A stretch of 64,000 bases of DNA. It comes from Candidatus Cloacimonadota bacterium (GTDB lineage: Bacteria; Cloacimonadota; Cloacimonadia; G963667145). How positions within the stretch are numbered: position 1 is the stretch's first letter; each line of letters opens with the position of its first letter. The stretch lies in contig OY781092.1 in the NCBI GenBank assembly GCA_963676615.1, forward strand, positions 1,408,001-1,472,000. Reading direction: 5' to 3'. A program made the translations under genes and the position numbers. Below are positions 40,706-49,865 of this stretch, piece by piece. Below the pieces are notes generated by a model. The model searched no databases. It saw only the letters and a program-made list of their open reading frames with translations, and had not been told where the DNA came from.

Positions 40706-41680
40706 TCAAACTCGTTCTAAAATGTTCAACTCTTCCCCAGCGGCAAACGCCAGCACCGTCTGCACGATGATATTCGGCAAATTTTGCCAGCTCGCCTCTT
40801 GTGTGAGGGATCCGCTGTGCAAGCCAAAAATCACATTCTCCATCTGCAAAAGCGGATGCTTTTCGGGCAACGGCTCCACAACCTCCAAACCAGCGCCAGC
40901 TATCTGCTTTGCGGCAAGCGCCGCAGTCAGCGCCTGCAGATTGACAATTCCAGCTCTTGCCGTGTTGATCAAAAAAGCCGACTTTTTCATCATCGCCAGC
41001 TCATTCTTCCCCAGCAAATCCCGAGTCTTAGGCGTCAGCGGCGTATTTATGGCAACAAAATCGCTCTCCCTCAATAGCTCTTGCAAACCGACAGCCCTCG
41101 CAAAATCTGCCGTTTCGAGGTTTCGACTGTAAACCAGCACCTTCATCCCCAGAGCGTCCGCTTTCTTCGCCAGCGCTTTGCCGATATTGCCAAAACCTAT
41201 CGTCCCCAAAGTTTTTCCCGCAATCTCGCCTCCAAAAAACGGCAACATCGCAGAATCAAAAGGGTCGCAATCTGGCTTTTGCGGATTTTTCCGAAATTTT
41301 TTGTCCAAAACTGGCAACTTCCGAACCAGCGAAAAAATCAGCGCCAAGTTCAACTCCGCCACAGAGTTCGTGGAAAAATCGGGCGTGTTCGCCACCAAAA
41401 CGCCAAACTTCTGCGCCGCCGACAAATCGACCTTGTCGTAGCCCGTCGAGTTAATTACCACCAAATCCAAATGCGCGCACCTTGCAAAAAACTCCTTGTC
41501 CAAACTCAGCTCAAAGCTATCTACCACCGCAATATTCGCTCCCGCAAGGCGCGAAACCGCTTGCTCCAAACTTTTCGTCTGCAAAAAAACCTGCACTTTT
41601 GCAACCGCCCGCAACTGCTCCAAATGCTCTTCCCGCAAAAAAGTCTCGTGCAAAACGACAATTTTGTTCAAATTACGCAA
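40706..41680 (-). CDS. D-isomer-specific 2-hydroxyacid dehydrogenase
   Basis: STGYDKVD, SVAE, GKTLGTIGFGNIG, LINTARAGIV, HSG. Start set at TTG 41680 after GGAG, overlapping the abiF stop. Confidence 0.88.
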   Translation of the reverse strand: MRNLNKIVVLHETFLREEHLEQLRAVAKVQVFLQTKSLEQAVSRLAGANIAVVDSFELSLDKEFFARCAHLDLVVINSTGYDKVDLSAAQKFGVLVANTPDFSTNSVAELNLALIFSLVRKLPVLDKKFRKNPQKPDCDPFDSAMLPFFGGEIAGKTLGTIGFGNIGKALAKKADALGMKVLVYSRNLETADFARAVGLQELLRESDFVAINTPLTPKTRDLLGKNELAMMKKSAFLINTARAGIVNLQALTAALAAKQIAGAGLEVVEPLPEKHPLLQMENVIFGLHSGSLTQEASWQNLPNIIVQTVLAFAAGEELNILERV

Positions 41681-42560
41681 AATATTCTCTCCAATCGCTC
41701 GGAAAACCCATTTTTTCCAAAAATTCTTCACCTTCCACAAGCATTTTTTTCATTTTGTCCGACCAATCAGACGAAAAATCGATTTTATCAACAATCATTT
41801 TCATCAGCAAAATCGTCAAAAAAATCTTGTCGTTCCGAAACCCACTATCTCGCCAATCTTTACAATTCTTCGGAATTTTAGGTCTTATCGCCAGCTTCCT
41901 GTTCCACAATCGCGAGTGATGTGCGCAAAGATTACGCACATAGCAGAAATTTTTCATCCAAGAAGTCAACACCAAATGATGAACACCAAAAGAAGAAGCA
42001 ATCTCCCTTTTTAAAGAATTGTCTAGCCCTTCAAAAAAAAGGCTTATCGAACCAAAAGAAAAAAGCTCCACAGCCATCCAAATCGGCAAAATTTTATGAA
42101 AACGCCCATACTTTTCAAAAAAATGCGTAACAAAAACCTCTTTGCTTCGGTCAGTTTCCCTTTTTACCCTCAAAAAGAAGCTTTTGAACTCTTTTTTCGT
42201 CATTTTGGGGAAATTTTCTTCGTTTTCATACTCAAAACAACCAAATTTATGCGAAAAACAGTAGGCAACCGTCGTTTTAAAATAGACTTCTATTTTTTTT
42301 AGCCCCTCGAACAATAAAAATCTCAAACTCTTATCAAACTCATAAATCTTTAAAATTTGAGCTAAATTTGTATTTTTTTTGAAAAAATTCGACTCTTTTT
42401 CCCGAAAAAGACAAAGATATCCGCTCAATCGGTAATAATTTATAGATTTTAGCACAATAATAAGCTTTTTTCGATCAGACTGCAAACCCCTTGCCAAAAG
42501 CAAGTCAGCCTGCTGGTCAAAAGTTAAAGGAATTTTGGAATATTTCACGCAAGTTTTCAT
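41673..42560 (-). CDS. Abi-like (AbiD/AbiF, Abi_2) HEPN protein
   Basis: LTFDQQADLLLARGL, INYYRLSGY, IYEFDKSLR, IEVYFKT, PIWMAVELFSFG, HEPN motif VRNLCAHHSRLWN. Confidence 0.9.
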   Translation of the reverse strand: MKTCVKYSKIPLTFDQQADLLLARGLQSDRKKLIIVLKSINYYRLSGYLCLFREKESNFFKKNTNLAQILKIYEFDKSLRFLLFEGLKKIEVYFKTTVAYCFSHKFGCFEYENEENFPKMTKKEFKSFFLRVKRETDRSKEVFVTHFFEKYGRFHKILPIWMAVELFSFGSISLFFEGLDNSLKREIASSFGVHHLVLTSWMKNFCYVRNLCAHHSRLWNRKLAIRPKIPKNCKDWRDSGFRNDKIFLTILLMKMIVDKIDFSSDWSDKMKKMLVEGEEFLEKMGFPSDWREYFA

Positions 42561-42607
42561 AAAAATAAAACCCTTCGAGTGAGCTTACATTCAGAGGCCC
42601 GAAGGGT
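42561..42607 (-). ncRNA. Putative abiF-associated structured RNA / leader hairpin
   Basis: On -: ACCCUUCGGG-[18-nt loop]-CUCGAAGGGU then UUUAUUUUU immediately before the ATG; no SD; TTGACA at 42646-42641. Confidence 0.6.
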
Positions 42608-42652
42608 ATGTTAAATCCAATGTTGCAAGTTTGGCATTTCTGTCAAGGATTT

Positions 42653-43240
42653 TCAGCATCTTTCCAGCACCTTTTTCACGGGCGCATAGCTTCTTCGATG
42701 TATCGGGCACGCCCCAAACTTCGCCAGCGCTTCCAGATGCGCTTTTGTCGGATAACCCTTGTGCTTCTCAAAGCCAAATCTCGGGTATTCTTTGGCAAAA
42801 TCGAGCATAATGCGATCACGAGTGACTTTTGCCAAAATCGACGCCGCAGAGATGCATTTATGCAGTCTGTCACCACCGACCACAGCTTTGGCTATCTGCG
42901 TCAAATCGTCGGGAACTTTATTGCCGTCGATCAGCACAAACTCCGCCTTTGAAGACAGCTGCCGCACCGCCTTGCTCATCCCCCGCAGAGTCGCCTGCAA
43001 GATGTTAATTTCGTCGATCTCCTGCGCACTGACCTCCACAATCGCATATCCCACAGCTTTTTCCACAATTTCGTCGTAAAGCTGCTCCCGCTTTTTCGGC
43101 GAAAGTTTTTTGGAATCGTCCAAACCAGCGATAGGTTTTTGCTTATCCAAAATCACGGCAGCCACCACTACAGGTCCAGCCAGCGGTCCTCTGCCTGCTT
43201 CATCAACGCCAGCGGTCACAAACTCTCGAAAACAGTTCAT
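42653..43240 (-). CDS. rnhB: Ribonuclease HII
   Basis: AGVDEAGRGPLAGPV, DSKKLS, LIDGN, ISAASILAKVTRD, KHKGYPT. Start set at ATG 43240. Confidence 0.95.
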   Translation of the reverse strand: MNCFREFVTAGVDEAGRGPLAGPVVVAAVILDKQKPIAGLDDSKKLSPKKREQLYDEIVEKAVGYAIVEVSAQEIDEINILQATLRGMSKAVRQLSSKAEFVLIDGNKVPDDLTQIAKAVVGGDRLHKCISAASILAKVTRDRIMLDFAKEYPRFGFEKHKGYPTKAHLEALAKFGACPIHRRSYAPVKKVLERC

Positions 43241-43244
43241 TTTC

Positions 43245-44744
43245 CTAGAGATACAAGTCCCTTTCGCCCTGCACAGTTTTTTCGTAGTCGCGATAAAAAA
43301 TCTCCAGCAGTTTGTGCTCAGCAAAAAACGGAATTTTCTCGATTTCCGCCAGCTCTGCGGCGATCACTTTTTCGCCAGCCTGCACTGTCTCGGGGCTTGC
43401 GTAATCGTTGAGGAACTCCCGAAAAGTCAGCACAGCGTTCAGCTTGCAAAATTTTCCCTCGGTGCAACTGCGGAGCAATCCCATAATCTTGTCGCCCGTC
43501 CGCCCGCAACGATAGCCAGCGGTGCAAAACGAGCTGATGTAGCCAAGCCGCGCAAACTCTCCAACCATATGGTCTAGCGACGATTCGTCCTTCAGCTTGA
43601 ACTGCACTTTCTCGGGGTTATCGTCCTGCAACTGCTGAGCGCTGTAGGCTCCAACGCCGATTTTCGTCGAAGCGTCGGTCTGCGTGCAACCGATTTCCAT
43701 CATCTCTTTGCGAATCTCCTGCGTCTCCCTGGCGGTAATAATCATCCCCGTATAAGGCACAGAAAGGCGAAGAATCGCCACGATTTTCTTGAAGTCGGCA
43801 TCACTCACCAAATATTTGGAATTTTTACTCGCATCTGCGCCCATGGCTTCTTGCATCCGTGGAAAAGAAATCGTATGCGGACCAATGCCCGTCTGCCGTT
43901 CCAAATCGATCGCGTGATACAAAAGCCCCATCACCTCAAATCGCCAATCGTAAAGCCCAAACAAAGCGCCAATCGCCATATCGTCGATTCCTGCGTCCAT
44001 TGCCCTGTGCATCGCATACAACCGCCAGCGATAATTGCCCTTAATCGTCCCCGCTGGGTGCATTTTCGCATAAGTCGGCTTGTGATATGTCTCCTGAAAA
44101 ACCTGATAAGTGCCGATTCCCGCAGCCTTTATCTTCTTCAAATCCGCACTACACATCGGCGCCGCGTTAATATTCACTCGCCGAATATTGTTGTAGCCCT
44201 TGCCCTTTGGCGTCTTCCGTTTAACGCTGTAAACCGCCTTGACCACTTTTTCCATATAATCCGCATCCGACTGCGGATGCTCGCCAAAAACCAAAATCAG
44301 CCGCTTGTGCCCCTCGTCAACCACCGCCGCCGTCTCCTGCTTCACCTCATCCATCGTCAAAATTTTTCGCACTTCCTGCGCGTTCTCCGAGCGAAAACCG
44401 CAATACGCACAATTGTTCACACACAAATTCGCCGCATACAGCGGAGCAAAAAACACAATCCGATTATCGTAAACCTTCCGCTTGATCTCGCCAGCCGCCG
44501 CATAGACCTCCTGCCAAAGCGCCTCGTCCTTGAGGTTGATGAGCTTCGCCGTCTCTTGCGGAGAAAGCGTCTGAATCGACAGCGCCTTTTTGATAATCGC
44601 CCGAATCTCCGCAGCGCTCGGATTTGCCGCCTGCTCAATCTCCTGCCAAATCTTCGCCTCGTCGATAAAATCTTCGCCGTCCACCAAAAACTTATCGATT
44701 TCCTCCTGCTTAATCACCTGATCACACCACTCTTTCACGCTCAT
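43245..44744 (-). CDS. hydG: [FeFe]-hydrogenase radical SAM maturase HydG
   Basis: CVNNCAYC, YQVFQETYH, GPHTISFPR, auxiliary-cluster motif C-x5-C-x19-C. Start set at ATG 44744 after AAGGAGGTG. Confidence 0.93.
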   Translation of the reverse strand: MSVKEWCDQVIKQEEIDKFLVDGEDFIDEAKIWQEIEQAANPSAAEIRAIIKKALSIQTLSPQETAKLINLKDEALWQEVYAAAGEIKRKVYDNRIVFFAPLYAANLCVNNCAYCGFRSENAQEVRKILTMDEVKQETAAVVDEGHKRLILVFGEHPQSDADYMEKVVKAVYSVKRKTPKGKGYNNIRRVNINAAPMCSADLKKIKAAGIGTYQVFQETYHKPTYAKMHPAGTIKGNYRWRLYAMHRAMDAGIDDMAIGALFGLYDWRFEVMGLLYHAIDLERQTGIGPHTISFPRMQEAMGADASKNSKYLVSDADFKKIVAILRLSVPYTGMIITARETQEIRKEMMEIGCTQTDASTKIGVGAYSAQQLQDDNPEKVQFKLKDESSLDHMVGEFARLGYISSFCTAGYRCGRTGDKIMGLLRSCTEGKFCKLNAVLTFREFLNDYASPETVQAGEKVIAAELAEIEKIPFFAEHKLLEIFYRDYEKTVQGERDLYL

Positions 44745-44919
44745 AAAAGTCACCTCCTTATCAGCAAAACTTCCGTCTTCGCCATTTTCGTCCTTATTAA
44801 CTTTTGCGAAATTCCAACCAGCCAAACAGCTGTCAACCGATTTTTCGTTTAGCAACAAAAGATAAATTTAACCAAAACCACTGCCACTTTCAAAAAACTT
44901 TAGCGAACTTTCGTTTCCC

Positions 44920-46182
44920 TCAAAAATATCGCCACATTATGTAGATGTGCGAAACGCCCAAAAGCAGTGCCGTGATTGGCACGCCGTATTTCAGAAATCC
45001 GACAAAGCCGATTTTGTTGCCCGTTTTGCTTGCCATATTCGCCACAATCACATTTGCCGAAGCTCCGATTAGCGAGCCGTTTCCGCCAAGGCAAGAGCCC
45101 AAAGACAGCGCCCACCAAAGCCCGCTGGATGCGCCCGAAGCCAAATCTGCCTGCACATCTTGCAGCATCGGAATCATCGTCGCTACAAAAGGAATATTGT
45201 CCACCACAGCCGAAGCAACGCCAGAAAACCACAGCAAAACTTGAGCAGTAATGTGCACATTTCCGTGCGTAAACTCCAACATATCTTTACTCACCAGCGC
45301 TATGGCGCCAACCTCCACAAGCCCGCCAACCATAATAAACAGCCCTGCAAAAAAGAAAATGTTCGACCATTCCACCCGCCGAAAAACTCGATCCACATCA
45401 ATTTTGCAAATAATCATCAAAATCGACGCCCCCGCCATAGCGATTGTCGCCGCTTCCAGACAAACAAACCCCTGAATCGCAAAGCCCAAAATCACCAAGC
45501 CCAAAACGACCAGCGACTTGACCAGCAAGCGTTTATCCTTGATCGACTGCCGCTCGTCGAAAGCCATAATGCGCGCCTTGTCCTCGTTGCTCACCTGCAT
45601 TTTTTTGCCAAAAAGAAAATAGAACAGCACCGAAATCAGCACCAACTGAAAAGCCACTAGCGGCGCGACATTCAGCACAAAATCCATAAAAGTCAGCCCA
45701 GCGGCGCTTCCGATCATAATATTTGGCGGATCTCCAATAAGCGTCGCCGTTCCGCCGATGTTGGAGGCGAAAATCTGCGAAAGCAAAAACGGCAGCGGCG
45801 AAATTCGCAGCTCCTCGGCGATTAACACCGAAACAGGCGCAATCAAAAGCACCGTGGTGATGTTATCCAGCAAAGCCGAAAACACCGCCGTTATCAAAAA
45901 AAGCGTCACCAAAATCTTTATCGGCGAGCCACCCACGAGCTTCGCCAGCTTAATCGCCACAAACTCAAAAACGCCCGTCTGCTCAACAACGCTCACCAGC
46001 ACCATCATACTAATCAAAAGCGCAATCACATTAAAATCGATGTGATGCATCGCCGCCTCTTGCGGCAAAATATGAAAAACCAGCATACAAGATGCGCCCA
46101 ACAAAGCCACCAGCGTCTTATTTATCTTCTCCCAAGCGATCAACAAATAAGCGGCAACAAAAATTGAAACAGCCAAAACCAT
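44920..46182 (-). CDS. ArsB/NhaD/CitMHS (ion transporter superfamily) permease
   Basis: SALLDNITTV, ASNIGGTATLIGDPPNIMI, SAVVDNIPF, CLGGNGSLIGASAN. Confidence 0.9.
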   Translation of the reverse strand: MVLAVSIFVAAYLLIAWEKINKTLVALLGASCMLVFHILPQEAAMHHIDFNVIALLISMMVLVSVVEQTGVFEFVAIKLAKLVGGSPIKILVTLFLITAVFSALLDNITTVLLIAPVSVLIAEELRISPLPFLLSQIFASNIGGTATLIGDPPNIMIGSAAGLTFMDFVLNVAPLVAFQLVLISVLFYFLFGKKMQVSNEDKARIMAFDERQSIKDKRLLVKSLVVLGLVILGFAIQGFVCLEAATIAMAGASILMIICKIDVDRVFRRVEWSNIFFFAGLFIMVGGLVEVGAIALVSKDMLEFTHGNVHITAQVLLWFSGVASAVVDNIPFVATMIPMLQDVQADLASGASSGLWWALSLGSCLGGNGSLIGASANVIVANMASKTGNKIGFVGFLKYGVPITALLLGVSHIYIMWRYF

Positions 46183-46184
46183 TT

Positions 46185-47081
46185 TTACGCTCTCAAAACC
46201 TTACTCACAAAAGAACGGTCGCTCAAAACCGCCACTGGCTTGCCCTCATCGCTAAGCACCGTCAAATGATGCCAATTATTTTTCACCATCCGAAAACCCA
46301 CATGAATCAGCTGCTCATCCAGCCTCGCAACCCGCTTATCGTCCTGCATATAAACATCTTGCACCCTCGTGCTCGACTCCTGCTGATGAAACCGCTCAAA
46401 ACTCCGACTGGTTGACATAAACCCAATCGTTGACATCAAAAACGACGAGCGCGGATACGCCGCACGCACGATATCCAGCGCGTTCAGCTTCCCTTTGTAA
46501 AAGCCATTTTCGTCCACAACTGGCAAAAATTTCAGCTCGTTTTTCTTCATAATATCCACCGCACTAGCCAAACTCTCGCCTAGACCAACGGTCAAAACCG
46601 GCTGCGAATTAATAATATCGGCAACCAGCAAACTTTTGTCCACATCCAAATCAAAACTGCGTATCAGCTCGATTAACTCCTTGCCAGAAGCTGCATTGCG
46701 GACTTTTTCGCTGTGATACTGAGCAATTTTCGCAAAAGAGGCAAGCACAAGCAAATAGCGATTGCTGCCCGAATTGGAAGTCAGCACACAATAAAAAAGA
46801 TCGGCCTTTTTCCCGCAAAAATCTATCGGCTTCTGACACTTCACAAGGGCGATAATCAAATCGTCCAGATCTTCCAACCTGCCGTGCGGCAACGAACTTC
46901 CGTCGGGAAAAACCACATAGCCGAGCTTCTCGCGCTGCAAAAAAGCGTCCAAAACCTCCTGCTTGTCCAGCGAAAACATCTGCTGCACGCGCTCTGCCAC
47001 CATCCGATAAATCTGCAGCGAATTCTGCACATCCACATTCCAAAAAATCAACTCCTGATTCAACAAATTATCCAACTTCAT
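46185..47081 (-). CDS. PTS EIIA (Ntr/Fru-type) domain fused to a CBS pair
   Basis: FLQREKLG...SLPHGR (phospho-His), then CBS motifs (AVDIMKKNELKFLPVVD; HHLTVLSDEGKPVAVL). Start set at ATG 47081 after GGAGG. Confidence 0.82.
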   Translation of the reverse strand: MKLDNLLNQELIFWNVDVQNSLQIYRMVAERVQQMFSLDKQEVLDAFLQREKLGYVVFPDGSSLPHGRLEDLDDLIIALVKCQKPIDFCGKKADLFYCVLTSNSGSNRYLLVLASFAKIAQYHSEKVRNAASGKELIELIRSFDLDVDKSLLVADIINSQPVLTVGLGESLASAVDIMKKNELKFLPVVDENGFYKGKLNALDIVRAAYPRSSFLMSTIGFMSTSRSFERFHQQESSTRVQDVYMQDDKRVARLDEQLIHVGFRMVKNNWHHLTVLSDEGKPVAVLSDRSFVSKVLRA

Positions 47082-47112
47082 CGCCAAACCTCCTTGAAAA
47101 AAATAAAAACCT

Positions 47113-47850
47113 CTACCACTGCGCAACCAGCTTCACCACGCTCATTATCACCGCCAAAATCAGCAAAATCTTGGCAAACTTTTCGCCATTTTTAATCGCC
47201 AAGCGACACGAAACATACGAGCCCAAACATCCGCCGACGACCAGAGCAGGAGCGTAGCGCCAAATCACCTTGCCATTATACGCCAAAATCACGACCGCCA
47301 CAAGGTTAAACGACATCAAAATCAGGAGCTTCGTCGCGTTCGCCGTCAGCAAATCTTGCTTTTTGACCAAATTCAAGCCCGCCAAAATCAAAAAACCTGT
47401 TCCCACTTGCACAAATCCTCCGTAAAATCCAACCAGCAAAAACAGCAAAATCTCCAGCCAAAACGGAATTTTTAGCTGAAAAATCGCCTTTTTGTGATGC
47501 AAAACCACAAAAAGCGCCACAAAAACGATCACGCCCGACAAAATATAGTCGAACGCCGTGTGCGACAACTCCGAAGAGTAGCGCGCGCCAACGACGCTGC
47601 CCAACAAAATCGGCACAAAAATCCGCCAGTCAAACTCCACTTTTTGGTGATTTTTGCTCAATAATCGCGCTCCCAAAAGCGACTGAAACACCAGAGCCAC
47701 GCGGAAAGTGGACAACGCCACGATAGACGGAATATCCAAAAAAAGCATCGCCGACACCACGACAATCGAGCCAGCACCAGCCATCACATTGATAAAAGCG
47801 CCCAAAAAACCAGCCAACACCAACACCAAATCCACCAAAATCTCTTCCAT
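47113..47850 (-). CDS. TauE/SafE (TSUP) family membrane protein
   Basis: AFINVMAGAGS, VGFYGGFVQVGTG, ANATK; highly hydrophobic. Confidence 0.85.
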   Translation of the reverse strand: MEEILVDLVLVLAGFLGAFINVMAGAGSIVVVSAMLFLDIPSIVALSTFRVALVFQSLLGARLLSKNHQKVEFDWRIFVPILLGSVVGARYSSELSHTAFDYILSGVIVFVALFVVLHHKKAIFQLKIPFWLEILLFLLVGFYGGFVQVGTGFLILAGLNLVKKQDLLTANATKLLILMSFNLVAVVILAYNGKVIWRYAPALVVGGCLGSYVSCRLAIKNGEKFAKILLILAVIMSVVKLVAQW

Positions 47851-47853
47851 TTG

Positions 47854-47997
47854 TTACCTAATTTCTTTCAATTTCGCCAAAATTTCAAAAGCTGTTTCAC
47901 TTTTCAAAACCGCCGAAAGCGTTGACACTCCTTGTTCAGTAACAGCAAATGGATTAACCGAAGAATGTTTAAGATTTTTGTTTATTATCTCTTTCAT
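47854..47997 (-). pseudogene. 47-aa mini-ORF resembling an internally deleted ORF6N-domain gene
   Basis: MKEIINKNLKHSSVNPFAVTEQGVSTLSAVLKSETAFEILAKLKEIR*. The core matches the recalled ORF6N motif PYAFTEQGVAMLS.VL.S. Confidence 0.6.
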
Positions 47998-48001
47998 AAA
48001 A

Positions 48002-49531
48002 TCATCTCCGTTTCGTATAATGCCGCAGCGATGTCACCAGCTGATAACCCAGAAAAACCGAAATAAGCTTAAAAAGGACAAAAGGCAAGGTTACTTCTGT
48101 CGTTCCACCTTCGCAAGAAACGCCACTCGTATTAAAAGGATTGATAAAACTCAAAAAATTTAACCCAAAATCAGCTAAAACAACAACTTTTTCGTTCCAC
48201 AAAAACAACAAAAACCCAAAAACAAAAAACCAAAAGATAGGCAAAAGCCAATTTTGAGAAAAATTAGAAGAATATCTACCAACAAAAAAAATAATCTTTT
48301 GAAGTAGCGGCTTTTTTTCTCGGCGATATTTGTCCATCTCCAGCGCATAAAACTTATTACCCTCAATGTAGTTGCCCTGCAAATCGTTGCTATGTTTCAG
48401 CTGCCGCAAAGTGTCCCGAGTAGGATCGATCAGCCTAGAAACAAGGTCTTCTCCCCATTTTACATTATTTAAAATAGCATTTCCTGTAGCACCAATAAAA
48501 AAAACATTTTTTAGCGTTATCGCTTTCGGATAAGAAATATCAAAATTGCTAAACTCCACACTGCTTAAGTTACTGCTTGAAAAACTTATCTCTTCCACAA
48601 CTTTTACATCGGTAAATCGAAAAATCTCAGCATTATTAACAAAATTTTTCAATTCTAGCGTTTTTACTGCCAAATCGTTAAGAAAAACCTTCGCTTTTTC
48701 GGCAAAAGTCGGATTAAAAAAAGCAATTCGCCCCATAACAATCCGCTCTTGTAAATCATCTTTCCCTTCTATATAAACCGTTTTTTCAAAAACGCAGCTT
48801 ACAAAATCAACGGATTCACAACACAATCTCTGCTCTTTAGCAAAAACAACACTTTCAAATCTAATTTTTAAGTCGCTTTCTAAACAGTCGTCGCTTAAAA
48901 AAGGTTTAAGACTAGTATTTATTCTCAACACTGCGTTTCCTATCGATTTGCCATCAAGAGCAACAAAACATTCAGTTTTGTTGTGAGAACTAAAAAATAT
49001 ACTTGAATCAGCCTGTATTTCAACCATTTTAAATGCTAAAAACTCACACTTAACATCATGGATCAAAAGTTTTCTAAGAAATTTAGTGTTAGAAAATATT
49101 AACGAAACTTTAGCTTGTCCTCTTTTAGATAAAAAACTACACTCACCAAAAGAAACTCCATCATAAAAAGAACTATCATAAAAAGTGACACTTCCATTAA
49201 AAATATTTCCCGAAAAAGAAAAAAGACCTAAAAACCAACAATTATGAAAATCAAAAGGCTTATTAAACTCTTTAAAATCAGCAGAGGAGAAATTTCCAGC
49301 AGGAAAATTTATACCAGCAAAACTATGTCTTTTTATTTCGTCGCTATCTTCATTCCTTCGCAACTCTTCTCGAAACTTTTCCCAAAACTTTTTACATTTT
49401 TCTTCCGATTTTTTCCAGTTTTTATTGTCGTACTTATCCTTATCATACCAGCTTTCCTTATCGCAATGAAAAAGACATTTACCGCCCTCATAAGCTTCTC
49501 GGGCACAGCCTTTTACAGAACAAATTGGCAC
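48002..49531 (-). CDS. AT-rich hypothetical: Cys/His N-terminus, pentapeptide-like F-x4 repeats, C-terminal membrane segments
   Basis: CSVKGC...CLFHC; FDFHNCWFLGLFSFSGNIFNGSVTFYDSSF; QGNYIEGNKFYALEM; hydrophobic tail; GTG start after GGAGG. Confidence 0.7.
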   Translation of the reverse strand: MPICSVKGCAREAYEGGKCLFHCDKESWYDKDKYDNKNWKKSEEKCKKFWEKFREELRRNEDSDEIKRHSFAGINFPAGNFSSADFKEFNKPFDFHNCWFLGLFSFSGNIFNGSVTFYDSSFYDGVSFGECSFLSKRGQAKVSLIFSNTKFLRKLLIHDVKCEFLAFKMVEIQADSSIFFSSHNKTECFVALDGKSIGNAVLRINTSLKPFLSDDCLESDLKIRFESVVFAKEQRLCCESVDFVSCVFEKTVYIEGKDDLQERIVMGRIAFFNPTFAEKAKVFLNDLAVKTLELKNFVNNAEIFRFTDVKVVEEISFSSSNLSSVEFSNFDISYPKAITLKNVFFIGATGNAILNNVKWGEDLVSRLIDPTRDTLRQLKHSNDLQGNYIEGNKFYALEMDKYRREKKPLLQKIIFFVGRYSSNFSQNWLLPIFWFFVFGFLLFLWNEKVVVLADFGLNFLSFINPFNTSGVSCEGGTTEVTLPFVLFKLISVFLGYQLVTSLRHYTKRR

Positions 49532-49559
49532 TATCTACCTCCCGAGCCTAAAGCAAAAT

Positions 49560-49865
49560 CTAGCTTCTTTCATAAAAAATTTTCCCCACTCTCAAAATAT
49601 GCTCCCTCAACTCTCGATTACGCAAATCGTCAAAAATCAAAAAATCGAAATGGTAAGGCAAACTGGTTTCATCATTCAAAATCTGGCTGATTTTTCGCAA
49701 ATCTTCTCTCTGCAAACCCTTTCCGAACAACGCCAAATCGACATCGCTACCCGCACGAAAATTCCCTTTAGCTCTAGAACCAAAAATAACAACTTTCTCT
49801 ATCTTGGAAATTCGGCTAATCTCGCTAATCGCCGCCAAATAGCTCTTTTCTGCCAGTCCAAACAT
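49560..49865 (-). CDS. Minimal nucleotidyltransferase (MNT) antitoxin
   Basis: IFGSRAKGNFRAGSDVDLA (GS-x10-DxD). Confidence 0.9.
   Translation of the reverse strand: MFGLAEKSYLAAISEISRISKIEKVVIFGSRAKGNFRAGSDVDLALFGKGLQREDLRKISQILNDETSLPYHFDFLIFDDLRNRELREHILRVGKIFYERS

Noticed and set aside
44755..44810. Possible riboswitch in the hydG 5' leader
   Set aside because: Only a weak GCAAAA/TTTTGC pairing; no recognisable aptamer or terminator.
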